Positions 20,569-30,987 of a stretch of 64,000 bases of DNA are shown in pieces. The stretch spans positions 576,001-640,000 of the forward strand of contig CAVOKF010000004.1 of the NCBI GenBank assembly GCA_963696385.1, written 5' to 3'. The notes beneath the pieces were generated by a model. It was not told where the DNA came from and did no database searches. It worked only from the letters and a program-made list of their open reading frames with translations. The stretch comes from an uncultured delta proteobacterium. GTDB taxonomy: Bacteria > Myxococcota_A > Polyangia > Polyangiales > Polyangiaceae. Every line of letters starts with the position of its first letter. Position 1 is the stretch's first letter. A program made the translations under genes and the position numbers.

Positions 20569-21252
20569 ATGCCCGCCAAACCCGAGCCGACCGTCCGAGT
20601 CGTACCCATCCTCGCGCAAATCGCGTTCGTCGTTGTCGCGGCGCTTTTCGTTTATGGCTTCGTGGCCGTTGGGAAAGAAGGTGAGACTCGCAGAGTCTGC
20701 AGTGCACCCTGCTTTCTGCATCCGGACTACATGGCCGCGGACCGACGGGCTCCTGGCTTTTCGCTCAAAGATCTCCACGGAGCGACGGTGACCCTCGATA
20801 GCCTTCGCGGCAAGGTCGTCGTCTTGAACTTCTGGACGAAGACATGCGGCCCGTGTCTCGAGGAAATGCCCGACTTGGCCGAACTGACCAAAATCGTTCG
20901 CGACCGGCCCGATGTCGTCGTCGTCGCTGTCTCGGTCGATCAGGGACCGGACGACGTGAGCGCCACGCTCCAGACCGCGTTGCGCGAATCGCCCCCGTTC
21001 GACATCTTGTTCGATCCGGATTCCGAGGTGGTTGGGGGAAAGTACGGCACCAATCTATTTCCCGAGACCTGGTTTCTCGACAAGCGAGGCGTCATCCGAG
21101 CACGGTTCGACGGGGCCCGAGACTGGACCAATCCGCTCGTTGTCAACTACATCGACGCCTTGCGCGCGGGTGATTTTTGCGACGTCAAGATTGACGGCAA
21201 GTCGCTGGCCGGCAAAGCCGCTGCGATCTGCGACGAGATGACCGGAACGTAA
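20569..21252 (+). CDS. TlpA/ResA family thiol-disulfide oxidoreductase
   Basis: N-terminal TM; LNFWTKTCGPCLEEMP; FPET. Confidence 0.9.
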   Translation: MPAKPEPTVRVVPILAQIAFVVVAALFVYGFVAVGKEGETRRVCSAPCFLHPDYMAADRRAPGFSLKDLHGATVTLDSLRGKVVVLNFWTKTCGPCLEEMPDLAELTKIVRDRPDVVVVAVSVDQGPDDVSATLQTALRESPPFDILFDPDSEVVGGKYGTNLFPETWFLDKRGVIRARFDGARDWTNPLVVNYIDALRAGDFCDVKIDGKSLAGKAAAICDEMTGT

Positions 21253-21258
21253 TCGCGC

Positions 21259-22257
21259 TCACAAATCGCGCGTCCGCTCTTCGTGTGCCGCAGCTCGGCG
21301 TGCATTCACGAGCTCCTCCCGAGTGGCGTACGGCTGAGGAGAAGCTTCGGTCGTGCGAAGATATTCCGCCAAGTCCACGATATCCCACCCGCGGCGATCC
21401 GGGTGGGCCGAGTCCCAGCGGCTTGCCTCGAGGTGGCTCAGCAGCCTTTTGAAGGCTCTGACCGAAGCCCAATGCATGTCGTGCAGGAGCACGATCCCTC
21501 CCTGCTTGTAGTCCAGCTGTTCCTCGAGCGATCGCGCGATCTCGTCGGGATCCGCGCGGCGGATGTCCTGCACGTCGATGTTCCAGAGCAATAGGTCGAG
21601 GTTGCGCTCCCGGAGCGCGTGCTCGAGCCATGGGTCGAGCGCGCCATAAGGTGGGCGAAACAGGCTCGGCCGCGCGCCCGTCGCGCGCTCGATCGCCCCA
21701 GCGGAGTCGTCGATCTCGGTGAGCGCCGCCGCGTGCGACAACCCGGTCAGGATCTTGTGGTGGAGCGTGTGATTGCCGATGGCGTGGCCGGCCGCCGCGA
21801 TCCGCTTGGCCCATTCGCGCGATTCGACAGCCCGACGATCGTTACCCGAGAGGTATTGCCCGATGAAAAAGAACGTGGCGTGAATCTTGTGTTCGCTCAG
21901 GATGCGCAGGAGCGTCGGTGCCGTCTCCGGGAAAGGCCCGTCGTCGAACGTGAACGTGACGATCCGCCGGCCATCCCGCGGCGCGTGTGCAGGGCCCTCG
22001 GCAATCAGCCAGGCGCGCTCCGTACTATCGTCGGTGTTGAGCCGTGGCCAGGGCGGCGCTGGATCGGGGATCAGGGAGCCATCGACGGCCGAGAAACCGC
22101 GATCCAACGGGGGTCGCGAAGGGGCCGGGCTCGCGATCGATCCGGCGGTACGCGTGGCGGCGCCGAATGCCAGTTCGGCGTCCGGCCGGCCGAGGCCGAT
22201 AAAGGTCCCGACCCCCAGTGTCATGACCGGGATCCAGGCTCGCGATAGCGAAGGCAT
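21259..22257 (-). CDS. Polysaccharide deacetylase (CE4/NodB)
   Basis: TFDDGP, GNHTLHH, FRPPYG, IVLLHD. Start uncertain. Confidence 0.9.
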   Translation of the reverse strand: MPSLSRAWIPVMTLGVGTFIGLGRPDAELAFGAATRTAGSIASPAPSRPPLDRGFSAVDGSLIPDPAPPWPRLNTDDSTERAWLIAEGPAHAPRDGRRIVTFTFDDGPFPETAPTLLRILSEHKIHATFFFIGQYLSGNDRRAVESREWAKRIAAAGHAIGNHTLHHKILTGLSHAAALTEIDDSAGAIERATGARPSLFRPPYGALDPWLEHALRERNLDLLLWNIDVQDIRRADPDEIARSLEEQLDYKQGGIVLLHDMHWASVRAFKRLLSHLEASRWDSAHPDRRGWDIVDLAEYLRTTEASPQPYATREELVNARRAAAHEERTRDL

Positions 22258-22352
22258 CGAGACGACGCCGATCGTATCGCGCGGCCTTGGCGCCGGGCCA
22301 AATTCGCCGTCATCGCGACGTCGGGAGCACGGCGTCGGCGAGTTCGTCCAAG

Positions 22353-23486
22353 CTAACGCCAGTCGACTCCCGGGAGCCGGGCGTGTTGGGGCCAGCCCAT
22401 GCGCCACCAAGGGTCGCACGACCAGCGTGCGGCAAATGCATCGCGCACGACCAACTCGGCCAGCTTTCCGCGCGGCGAGAATCCCCAAGGCGGCTCCTGG
22501 GAAGTGTCGTCGGGATCGGCGTATTCGCGCCAAACGAAGAATCCCACGAAATCGGGCTCGTCGAGCAACGGTGCGAGAAGGATGCGGTAGGCCTCGGCTT
22601 GGGCCGCTTCGTCGACGGCGACTGCGGTCATGTGATCGGGCCATTCCCAAGGCCGGTAGGCCGGATCGGATCGCGTCGTGTAACCGGTCTCCGTGAAGAC
22701 GACGGGCTTGTTCCATAGCTCCGCGAGTCGGTGCATTCGCTCACGAATGGCGCGCGCGGCGTCCCGTTGCTTGGACGGAGCGGCGTGGCGTTCCTCCGAC
22801 AAGGGAAAAAACGCATTGAGACCGATCACATCGAGGTCCCCCAGGATCACGGTCTGGTCGACGTCGTCCCAATTCGCCGAGTAGGTCAGTAGCCCGTGGT
22901 AGATCCGTCGCACGCTGCGGACGATGCGGGCGAAGCTCGGAGCGCGTGCGGTCGTCACCCACGAGCGCAACTCGACCCCGACCGAAAACATCTCGGTGCG
23001 CGTAGCCTCGGCGACCTCGGCCCAAGCCCGGACGAACCGCCCATAGCTCTCCGCCCACCGCGCCCATCCCTCATCGGTCTTTGGATCGATCTCTCCGCGC
23101 CACTGGCCCGTCTCGACCCACAGCGGAGGGACGAGCATGACGTGCAGACCGCGGGCGTGCGCCATTTCGACTGCGTGCGCCACATCCTGACGATTCCGCG
23201 CGAACGGCGCCTCGAACGTGAGGTCGACGCCGGCCCCGGTCGTGTCGGCGACGCGCCCGAACGGCGTCAGGGCGACCCATGTGCCCCCCATCGCCAGTAC
23301 TTCGCCGAGTGTTCGGTCGTACGCCGGAGATCCGTAACCGACTCCGGGGTGATATCCGTTTTCGATCGGGCCGATCGTGATGCCGCGCACTCCGCTTAGC
23401 TCCGCGCGCTTCCAGGCATCGCCGCCAGGAGCGGCGGCGGCGAGTTGTGCGGCGATCGACAATACGAAGGGTGCCACTGCAGTCAA
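22353..23486 (-). CDS. Secreted TIM-barrel glycoside hydrolase (GH113-like)
   Basis: Signal peptide; GVEL, LTYSANWD, NAFFPL, PVVFTETGY. Confidence 0.8.
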   Translation of the reverse strand: MTAVAPFVLSIAAQLAAAAPGGDAWKRAELSGVRGITIGPIENGYHPGVGYGSPAYDRTLGEVLAMGGTWVALTPFGRVADTTGAGVDLTFEAPFARNRQDVAHAVEMAHARGLHVMLVPPLWVETGQWRGEIDPKTDEGWARWAESYGRFVRAWAEVAEATRTEMFSVGVELRSWVTTARAPSFARIVRSVRRIYHGLLTYSANWDDVDQTVILGDLDVIGLNAFFPLSEERHAAPSKQRDAARAIRERMHRLAELWNKPVVFTETGYTTRSDPAYRPWEWPDHMTAVAVDEAAQAEAYRILLAPLLDEPDFVGFFVWREYADPDDTSQEPPWGFSPRGKLAELVVRDAFAARWSCDPWWRMGWPQHARLPGVDWR

Positions 23487-24148
23487 AGGCCCTCCTCGAG
23501 CAGCGCGTCCGTCAACGATGCCAGGTCGGCCGCAACGGCGTCGGCCCCGGCTCGGATGAGATCGCCGCTCGTGTACGAATGGGAGACCGCGACGCAGCGC
23601 AACCCAGCGCGCTTGGCGGAAATCACGCCACCGGTCGAGTCCTCGACCGCCACGGCTTGCCCGTCGTATCCGAGGCGCCGCAGCTCTTCGCGCGCCATCT
23701 GAAACGGTGCGGGATCGGGCTTCGAGGCAGTTGCCCGTTCGGCGCTCACGACGAACGCTACGGTCGATCGCGCGCCGATGCGCTCGAGAGCGAACGTGAT
23801 CTCTCGCTCGAGCGCCCCGGACACGATCCCGACCGGGCCGCGCGCGCTGCGACGAGCGATTAAGTCGAACGCCCCCGGAAAGACCCGAAACTGCTGTTCG
23901 AACCGAGCCAAGAACCGCGGGCTCTTCGCGGCCACGAACGACCTCACCTGCTCTGCGCAGAATGCCCGTCCGTTGCGCGCCAAAACCGCACGGAAGACTC
24001 CGGCGTCGTCCAGACTCAAATAGTGATCGAAGTATTCGCGTTCCGTAATCTCGAGGCTCTCGGGCGCGAGGACGTCGTTGAACGCCGCGAGGTGGACCGG
24101 CTCGCTGTCCACGATTACGCCGTCGAAGTCGAGGAGCGTTGCGATCAC
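23483..24148 (-). CDS. HAD-family phosphatase
   Basis: DFDGVIVDSE, KPDP, VEDS..G. Confidence 0.92.
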   Translation of the reverse strand: MIATLLDFDGVIVDSEPVHLAAFNDVLAPESLEITEREYFDHYLSLDDAGVFRAVLARNGRAFCAEQVRSFVAAKSPRFLARFEQQFRVFPGAFDLIARRSARGPVGIVSGALEREITFALERIGARSTVAFVVSAERATASKPDPAPFQMAREELRRLGYDGQAVAVEDSTGGVISAKRAGLRCVAVSHSYTSGDLIRAGADAVAADLASLTDALLEEGL

Positions 24149-24199
24149 TCTTTCAGTCCTTATCCGTCGGGCGGTCCGGTGGCTGACAGACGCCGCGGG

Positions 24200-25345
24200 T
24201 CAGCCGGACACCAAGACAATGCGGGTCACTTCCGGGGAGGCGTTGACTCGAGCGGGCGGGCCGACCGTGCCAAAGCCTCGGCTCACGTAGAGCGTCGTCG
24301 ATCCGACCGTATAAGGACCGGCGATGTATTCGAAGATGGGTCCGAGCACGAAACCGGGATTGATCTGTCCGCCGTGCGTGTGTCCGCTCAGTTGCAGCGC
24401 AACCTGACCGGCCCAACGATCGACCGTATGGGGCTGGTGGGACAACAGAATGCGAGGCAGTCCGGGCGCCACCGTCGACCGCGCACGGTCGAGTCGCGGT
24501 CCCGTCCTTCCGTATCGGCGCGCGCTTAGGTCGTCTACCCCCAGCAACGCAAAGCCGCCGCCGTCGGACGGCCGGATGACTCGTCCTTCATCGACGAGCA
24601 TGCTGATCCCGGCCGCTCGCATCGCGCGCCGGACCCGTTCGGCGCCTGCGTAGTAATCATGGTTGCCGAGCGATGCGAAAACGCCGTCGCGTGCGGGCAG
24701 GTCGAGCAGCTTTCGCGCGACGAGCGGCGCGAACGTGGCGTCGTTGTCCACGAGATCGCCTGTAACGACGATCAGATCGGGTCGTGCCCTACGGGCCAAC
24801 GCTAGGCCGAGGTCGAGCTCACGCTCGCCGACGAACTCGCCGGCGTGGATATCGCTGATCTGTGCGATCACGTAGCCGTCGAGGGCACGCGGCAGGCCCT
24901 CGATGGTGACCGCGAGCTCGGTCAGCTGAAATTCGTACCTTCCCCGCATGACCCCCCACCCCAACATCGCGCCGGTCGCACCGAAGAGCGCCAAACCGGC
25001 GCCTCCCTCGACCATCTGTCGACGGCTGACCGAGCGGGTGTTGTCCGGTCCCGCGCTGCGCCTGCGGTCGATGGACCAAGACGTGGCGATCAGAATGCCG
25101 AGCGGCGGCGACGCAATCGCCAGAGCCACCCCGGCGGTCATGACCGTCATGTGCACGGCGCCCAACGGCCGCCAGTGCTTGCGGATGGCCTGCCAGTGCA
25201 GCAGAAATTGCACCGCGACAAAGAGGGTCAGGCCCCCGATGAGACCGCGCCGCCTTTGGGCGGCCCACGGGAACGAGCGGACTGCCCAGAGGTAGAAGAT
25301 GCACGGGGGCAGGATCGTCAGCAGCGTCGACCAGATGAAGGGCAT
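24200..25345 (-). CDS. Membrane-anchored metallophosphoesterase (YkuE-like)
   Basis: SDIH, TGDLVD, GNHDY, LSHQP, SGHTHGGQ; N-terminal TM helices. Confidence 0.92.
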   Translation of the reverse strand: MPFIWSTLLTILPPCIFYLWAVRSFPWAAQRRRGLIGGLTLFVAVQFLLHWQAIRKHWRPLGAVHMTVMTAGVALAIASPPLGILIATSWSIDRRRSAGPDNTRSVSRRQMVEGGAGLALFGATGAMLGWGVMRGRYEFQLTELAVTIEGLPRALDGYVIAQISDIHAGEFVGERELDLGLALARRARPDLIVVTGDLVDNDATFAPLVARKLLDLPARDGVFASLGNHDYYAGAERVRRAMRAAGISMLVDEGRVIRPSDGGGFALLGVDDLSARRYGRTGPRLDRARSTVAPGLPRILLSHQPHTVDRWAGQVALQLSGHTHGGQINPGFVLGPIFEYIAGPYTVGSTTLYVSRGFGTVGPPARVNASPEVTRIVLVSG

Positions 25346-25364
25346 CGAGCGGCGAAACCGAAAG

Positions 25365-26228
25365 TCACGGCTTGTGTAGCACGCCGCTCACCACCCTCTC
25401 GACGCGCCCGTAGTCTCGCTGAACTTGGACGCTCGCGAAGCCTGCGCGCGCAAGCAACTCGACCACGGCAGCGGATTCTCCTGCCCCTACCTCGAGCGCC
25501 AGGACTCCCGCGGGCGCCAAGTAAGCCGGCGCGTCGATGACGATGCGACGCACGATCGCCAGTCCGTCGTCGCCGCCGTCGAGCGCCAGCCGCGGCTCAT
25601 GGTCGCGAATCTCCGGTGGCAACGACGGGATTTCGCCGCTCGCCACGTACGGTGGATTCCCGGCGACCAAATCGAACCGACAGGAGGGCCCGACGGCCGA
25701 GAACAAATCGCCCCGCCGAAACGACACATTGTACGCCCCGAGCCGCAGGGCGTTGTCGCGCGCAACGGCGAGAGCGTCGGCGCTCACGTCTGTCGCAGTA
25801 ACGCGGGACGTGGGACGCTCGCGCGCGAGCGTGATGGCGACGCAGCCCGTGCCGGTGCACAAGTCGAGCGCACGCATCGCCATCGACACGTGTCGCGTTC
25901 GCTCGAGCGCGGTCTCCACGAGCGTCTCGGTGTCGGGTCTCGGAACGAGGACGCGCCGATCGACTCGAAACGACCGGCCATAGAATTCGCGCATGCCCAA
26001 CAGATACGCGACAGGTTCCCGCGCGCGGCGCCTCTTCACGAGATCGCGGAAACGCGCCAACTCGTCAGCCTCGAGCGGCCGCTTCGCATCGACGATGAGT
26101 TGGACGCGCGTCGTGGAGAGGGCGTGAGCAAGAAGGACCTCTGCATCGAGGCGCGCCGTATCGACGCCGCGTGCGCGAAAGTCGTCTGCCGCCCAACGGA
26201 TGATCGCTTCTGTTGTCCATGCCTGCAT
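25365..26228 (-). CDS. prmC: Release factor glutamine methyltransferase
   Basis: REPVAYLLG.REFYG, LVPRPDTE, LDLCTGTG, NPPY, ALDGGDDG. Confidence 0.95.
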   Translation of the reverse strand: MQAWTTEAIIRWAADDFRARGVDTARLDAEVLLAHALSTTRVQLIVDAKRPLEADELARFRDLVKRRRAREPVAYLLGMREFYGRSFRVDRRVLVPRPDTETLVETALERTRHVSMAMRALDLCTGTGCVAITLARERPTSRVTATDVSADALAVARDNALRLGAYNVSFRRGDLFSAVGPSCRFDLVAGNPPYVASGEIPSLPPEIRDHEPRLALDGGDDGLAIVRRIVIDAPAYLAPAGVLALEVGAGESAAVVELLARAGFASVQVQRDYGRVERVVSGVLHKP

Positions 26229-26325
26229 TCGAGTGTGGCCGGGGTGCTCGTACCCGTAGCGCGCCTGTGGGTTCGCTTCATCCCCGCATGGAACCGATGC
26301 GTTCCCTGCTACATTCGGCGCCAAC

Positions 26326-26994
26326 GTGGACTCGTATTCGGCCAAGGCCCCCCCCGCGCTCTCGGCGCCCCTGCCACCCGCGGACGCGGCGGCCGCCGCA
26401 GGATCACGCGACGCCCTGCCGAGTTACGCCCGCGCCCCCGGCGACATCTATCCACGTGGGGCTCGCGAGCGCGCGCTGTGCGACATCGCGAGCCATGCGG
26501 ACTGGGAATACCTCGTCGGCCTGGTGCTTCTGGACTCGGGTGCGGTCGTCGTCGGAAGCTTGAACAAGATCAAGTCGTCGCCCACCCTTCCCGCTCGCTT
26601 CGTCGGACCCACCGCGATCGGATTCGCGTGGGGCCTTACGGTGGCGGGCGCCTGGCTGGCGATGCCCAAGTGCTCCCCCGAATGGGTCGGCGAATCGCCC
26701 CGCGAAGGAACGGTTCACGTCACGTGGCCCATCGCGCTGTCGTTTGCGCTCCTCGCGGGCGCGACCGCTCCCGTGGTGAACGCAGTTATCGCGGGCTACG
26801 ACACGACGAGCCCGTATTCGACCCTCGAGCGCGAAATGCACATCGTCGCCGCGGGGCTGGCCGGGTTCGGCGGCGCGCTCATCCCGTATCTAGTGCCGCC
26901 GCGGACATGGGCTGCGGTCCAGGAGCTCGATCGGATTCGCATCGGCCCAGACGGTCGAGGCGGTTGGTGCTTCGGGTACGTCGCGCGATTCTAA
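26326..26994 (+). CDS. Hypothetical membrane protein
   Basis: About 4 hydrophobic segments; beta-strand-like C-terminus ending in F. Confidence 0.6.
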   Translation: MDSYSAKAPPALSAPLPPADAAAAAGSRDALPSYARAPGDIYPRGARERALCDIASHADWEYLVGLVLLDSGAVVVGSLNKIKSSPTLPARFVGPTAIGFAWGLTVAGAWLAMPKCSPEWVGESPREGTVHVTWPIALSFALLAGATAPVVNAVIAGYDTTSPYSTLEREMHIVAAGLAGFGGALIPYLVPPRTWAAVQELDRIRIGPDGRGGWCFGYVARF

Positions 26995-27007
26995 AGGGGG
27001 CCCGACC

Positions 27008-29266
27008 TCAACTCGCAGGCTTCAGGAAGCGCGCGAGGATCTTCTTTTCGCCCCATCCTGGGAAGAAGGCGACGACCGCCGGCTCGCCGACCGTGACGAC
27101 CCGCACGACCTGTCCGTCACCGAAGCGTTGGTGCTTGACTCTGGCGCCACGTCGCAGCGGCATACACGCGATTTCTTCCGGCGGATCGTCGAAAAATTCG
27201 CTGTCGATGAAGCGCTCTCCCGGCTTGGGCGCCGCTATGGGCGCGGCCTGCGGGTGGCGCCACGAGCCGCGGGCAGGCGTCTCGTCGGGAGCACGGTCCA
27301 CGTACCTGCTTCCGAAGCGGGGCTCGCCGCTCATGGCCGTCGTCGACCGGTGCTCCGTAACGCTGCTCGGCAGCTCCCCGAGAAATCGGCTGGGCCGATT
27401 CCATCGTGTAGTGCCGAAAATCTGACGCATCTGAGTGTGCGTCATCACGAGCTGGCGGCGCGCGCGCGTGATCGCCACGTAGGCGAGGCGGCGCTCCTCT
27501 TCGAGCTCGTCGCGCTCGCCAGGATCAACGCCTCTGTACGGGAACATCTCTTCTTCCATGCCCGTGAGAAAGACCCTTTCGAACTCCAGGCCCTTGGCCC
27601 CGTGGACCGTCATGAGGGTGACACGCTTGCCGCTTTCGAGGGCGTCCACGTCGTTGACGAGGGTGACGCGCTCGAGGAATGCGGCGAGCGTGGCTGTCTC
27701 GCCGGCGGCTTCCGCCTCTGCTTCATAGTCTTGCAACGACCCAACGAGTTCGCGCAGATTTTCGACTCGCGCGTCCGACTCTGCGGAGTCCTCCTTCTCG
27801 AGCGCACTCCAATAGCCGGACTCGGCGAGCGCCCGCTCGAGCAGACCGGTTGGCGCGAGTGACTCGGCCGCGGCCCGCAGACCCTCGAGAAGCTGGCGGA
27901 AGGCCTGAAGCTTCTTCTTCGCGGATGCCCCGAGGTCGTCGATCTCGTCGACGTGCGCCAGCGCCTCGAACAACGCGACGCCGTTTACGGTGGCCCACGT
28001 GGTGAATCGATCGACGGTCGTCTGCCCGATCCCGCGCGCCGGCACATTGACGATGCGCAACAGATCGACGTCCGATCGCGGATTGACCAGGACGCGCAGA
28101 TAGGAGAGGGCGTCCTTGATCTCGGCGCGATCGTAGAACTTGGTCCCACCCACGATCTGGTAGGCGATGTTGGCTGCGCGGAGGGCTTCCTCGAGGACGC
28201 GCGACTGCGCGTGGATGCGGTAGAAGACGGCGATTTCGCTCAAGTCGACCCCGTCGGCCCCGGCGCTTCGAATCGCGTCGACGACGAACGCGGCCTCGTC
28301 GCGCTCGTCGCGGGCGGCCACGAGCTGCACCGGCGCGCCGGCGGCGTTTGCCGTCCATAGCTCCTTCGGCTCGCGTTCGTTCGACCGCGCGATGACTCCG
28401 AGAGCGGCGGTAACGATGCACTGGGTCGACCGGTAGTTTTGCTCGAGCTTCACGACGGCTGCATCGGCGTAGTCGTGTCGAAACCCGCGGATGTTGCGAA
28501 CGTCGGCGCCGCGCCAGCGATAGATGCTCTGATCGTCGTCCCCCACGACGCACAGATTGCGGTGGTCTTTCGCGAGTTCTCGCAGGAGTCGGTACTGCGT
28601 GGCGTTGGTGTCCTGGAACTCGTCCACCAGCACGTAGTCGAACCTGCGCCGAATCCGTTCGCCCTCGGGCGTGCTGTCGAGGAGACGGGCGACCAGCAGA
28701 ATCAGGTCTTCGAAATCGACCGCATTGGCGGAGCGGAGTCTCTCTTCGTAGGTGCGAAATATTCGGATCGCCACGTCGTCGACGTACGAGTGCGCGGCCG
28801 CCTCTTCTGGCCCGCGTCCCTCTTGCTTGTGCTGGTGAATGTGCGTCAATACGGCGCGCGGGGGATAGCGGCGCTCGTCGAGGTCGAGGTCCTTGAGTGC
28901 ACGTGCGACGACGGCCCTCTGATCGCTGACGTCGTAGATCACGAAGTTTGGCTGAACGCCGACTGCAGCGCCGTGCGCTCGCAGCAGCTTGGCGCAGGTT
29001 GCGTGGAATGTTCCCACCCAGAGAGAGCGCGCGAGGTCTGCGCCGCAGAGCCGCTCGAGCCGATGGCGCATCTCGCCCGCAGCCTTGTTCGTGAATGTGA
29101 CGGCGAGAATGCGCCACGGGGGGACCCGCACGCACGCCAGCAAGTTCGCAATCCGGTACGTAATGACTCTGGTTTTGCCGCTCCCGGCTCCGGCAAACAC
29201 CAACAGGGGTCCTTGCACGTGCGCGACCGCGGCGGCCTGAGGGTCGTTCAGCTCCGCCTCGAACAT
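27008..29266 (-). CDS. pcrA: UvrD/PcrA DNA helicase
   Basis: AGAGSGKT, TFTNKAA, DEFQD, GDDDQSIY, HGAKGLEF, EERRLAYVAITRAR, C-terminal Tudor-like H.RFG.G. Confidence 0.95.
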   Translation of the reverse strand: MFEAELNDPQAAAVAHVQGPLLVFAGAGSGKTRVITYRIANLLACVRVPPWRILAVTFTNKAAGEMRHRLERLCGADLARSLWVGTFHATCAKLLRAHGAAVGVQPNFVIYDVSDQRAVVARALKDLDLDERRYPPRAVLTHIHQHKQEGRGPEEAAAHSYVDDVAIRIFRTYEERLRSANAVDFEDLILLVARLLDSTPEGERIRRRFDYVLVDEFQDTNATQYRLLRELAKDHRNLCVVGDDDQSIYRWRGADVRNIRGFRHDYADAAVVKLEQNYRSTQCIVTAALGVIARSNEREPKELWTANAAGAPVQLVAARDERDEAAFVVDAIRSAGADGVDLSEIAVFYRIHAQSRVLEEALRAANIAYQIVGGTKFYDRAEIKDALSYLRVLVNPRSDVDLLRIVNVPARGIGQTTVDRFTTWATVNGVALFEALAHVDEIDDLGASAKKKLQAFRQLLEGLRAAAESLAPTGLLERALAESGYWSALEKEDSAESDARVENLRELVGSLQDYEAEAEAAGETATLAAFLERVTLVNDVDALESGKRVTLMTVHGAKGLEFERVFLTGMEEEMFPYRGVDPGERDELEEERRLAYVAITRARRQLVMTHTQMRQIFGTTRWNRPSRFLGELPSSVTEHRSTTAMSGEPRFGSRYVDRAPDETPARGSWRHPQAAPIAAPKPGERFIDSEFFDDPPEEIACMPLRRGARVKHQRFGDGQVVRVVTVGEPAVVAFFPGWGEKKILARFLKPAS

Positions 29267-29352
29267 CTCGCGCAACGTAAGCGGGCGCCCGAGCCGAGTC
29301 GAGCGCGAGAGGGAGACCGCGGCCTCCAGGGTCGGGACCGCGGCGAGTGCGC

Positions 29353-29961
29353 TTACCGGTAGTCCTCCGACGTGAAGCGGACCTCGGAGAGGCCCCGCGC
29401 GTCCATCGCGCCCCGAAGAGCGTCGACGAGAATCGCCACGACGTCGAACCGCGTGCTCGGCGCGTAGTACTCTTCGTCATCGACAATCGGCAGAGCTGCG
29501 AGGCGTCGCTCGACCGAATCTCGCTCGGACGGGTCGAGCTCGAAGTGCGCGTTCCAGCCGTCCGCTGACTCGAGGGTGAGCGCCTCGCGCACCATGCCGA
29601 TCGGGTTGAAAGTGCAGTAGACGGTCGATAGGCAGAGCTTCCATTGAAACATCTCGCCGTCCGTCACGATCCACGTGCCGCCGAACGCCCGGCGGATGAC
29701 CTCTCCCAAGTAGGCTCCCGCGGCCGACCCGACCAGATCCATAAGCTCGGCGCGCCGGCCGAGCTCGGGGCGCGCATCGCGAACCCATTGGTCAACGAAG
29801 CTCAGGGTTTCTTGTGAAAAATCAAGGGTGGCGCCGTATCGCGCGCCAATGAAACGCACACATGCGGCCGCCAGATCAGCGACTTGCTGAGGCGCGGCAT
29901 CGACGGGCTCCGGAACGGGATCGGTGAGGACGTACGTCTCCTCCGCCTCGTCCTCCGCCAT
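29353..29961 (-). CDS. Hypothetical protein (DUF3806/DUF6278-like motif)
   Basis: LDFS.ETL..VD ... GAYLGEVIRR...G.W. Start 29961 or 30048. Confidence 0.6.
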   Translation of the reverse strand: MAEDEAEETYVLTDPVPEPVDAAPQQVADLAAACVRFIGARYGATLDFSQETLSFVDQWVRDARPELGRRAELMDLVGSAAGAYLGEVIRRAFGGTWIVTDGEMFQWKLCLSTVYCTFNPIGMVREALTLESADGWNAHFELDPSERDSVERRLAALPIVDDEEYYAPSTRFDVVAILVDALRGAMDARGLSEVRFTSEDYR

Positions 29962-30165
29962 CTCGGCGTGGATAGAGCCGTCTTCTCTGGCTCGCGCCGC
30001 ACGCGCGGCACCCGCGACGTCATCCGTCTCTCGCGTCTCGCCGGTCATCCTACAGGGGACGTAAGCCCGAACGGTGAGACGCGCAAGCGCGCCAAATGGG
30101 TGCGGCCGATGGGACGGTGCGTCGGGCCTGGCGGTTCAGAGCCCGTCGCTCTACGGTGCTGGTCA

Positions 30166-30903
30166 ATGCGCCTCGGGATCTTCAGTGACATTCACGCAAA
30201 CGTCGAAGCGCTGTCCGCCGTCCTCGAGGCCTACACCACGGAGAAAATCGACATTTTTTACTGCCTTGGCGACACCGTTGGCTACGGGGGATCGCCGAAT
30301 GAATGCGCGGATCTCGTTCGCGAGACGGCCAGGACGACCATTCTAGGCAACCACGACGCGGCCGTGAGCGGACGGATGGACTATTCGTATTATTACGAAG
30401 CGGCTCGTCATGCGCTCGATGCGCACGCCGCCATGCTGTCGGAGGCCAACATGGCTTGGCTGAAGGCGCTTCCCTATCAGGAGCGGCTCGACGACTTCGG
30501 TGTCCTGCTCTGCCACGGTTCGCCTGTCCGTCTCGAAGAGTTCGAGTACATCTTTGCGCCCGAGCAGGCTCGCGAGTGCCTGGCCATCTGGGACCGGATT
30601 GGACACATTACGCTCATCGGGCACTCTCACCTGTGCAAGGTATTCGCGCTGACCGAGGGCAATGTCGAAGAACTGCCGGCCGCCGACTTCGACCTCGAAC
30701 CTGACAAAAAGTACATCGTGAGCGTTGGTTCGGTCGGTCAGCCGCGGGATTTCGACAACCGCGCAAGCTACACGGTTTACGATACCGATAAGAAGCGTTT
30801 CGAGTTCAAGCGCGTCGAATACGATATCGAGCTCGCCGCGGACAAAGTTCTGCGCGCCCGTCTCGAGAGAAATTTCGCACATCGGCTCTTCATCGGCGTC
30901 TAA
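30166..30903 (+). CDS. Metallophosphoesterase (calcineurin-like, YfcE type)
   Basis: SDIHAN, LGDTVGYG, GNHD, HGSP, GHSH, GSVGQPRD. Confidence 0.92.
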   Translation: MRLGIFSDIHANVEALSAVLEAYTTEKIDIFYCLGDTVGYGGSPNECADLVRETARTTILGNHDAAVSGRMDYSYYYEAARHALDAHAAMLSEANMAWLKALPYQERLDDFGVLLCHGSPVRLEEFEYIFAPEQARECLAIWDRIGHITLIGHSHLCKVFALTEGNVEELPAADFDLEPDKKYIVSVGSVGQPRDFDNRASYTVYDTDKKRFEFKRVEYDIELAADKVLRARLERNFAHRLFIGV

Positions 30904-30906
30904 GTC

Positions 30907-30941
30907 TAAGTACACCGCCCCAGGAGCAAAGGGGTCAGCCG
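30907..30941 (+). repeat. Truncated copy (C) of the structured intergenic repeat
   Basis: TAAGTACACCGCCCCAGGAGCAAAGGGGTCAGCCG aligns with the first ~35 nt of copies A (reverse complement) and B. Confidence 0.8.
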
Positions 30942-30987
30942 AGAATCCGCCCAACCGCACGCCCCGGCGCGCCAACGCGCGGGAGAG

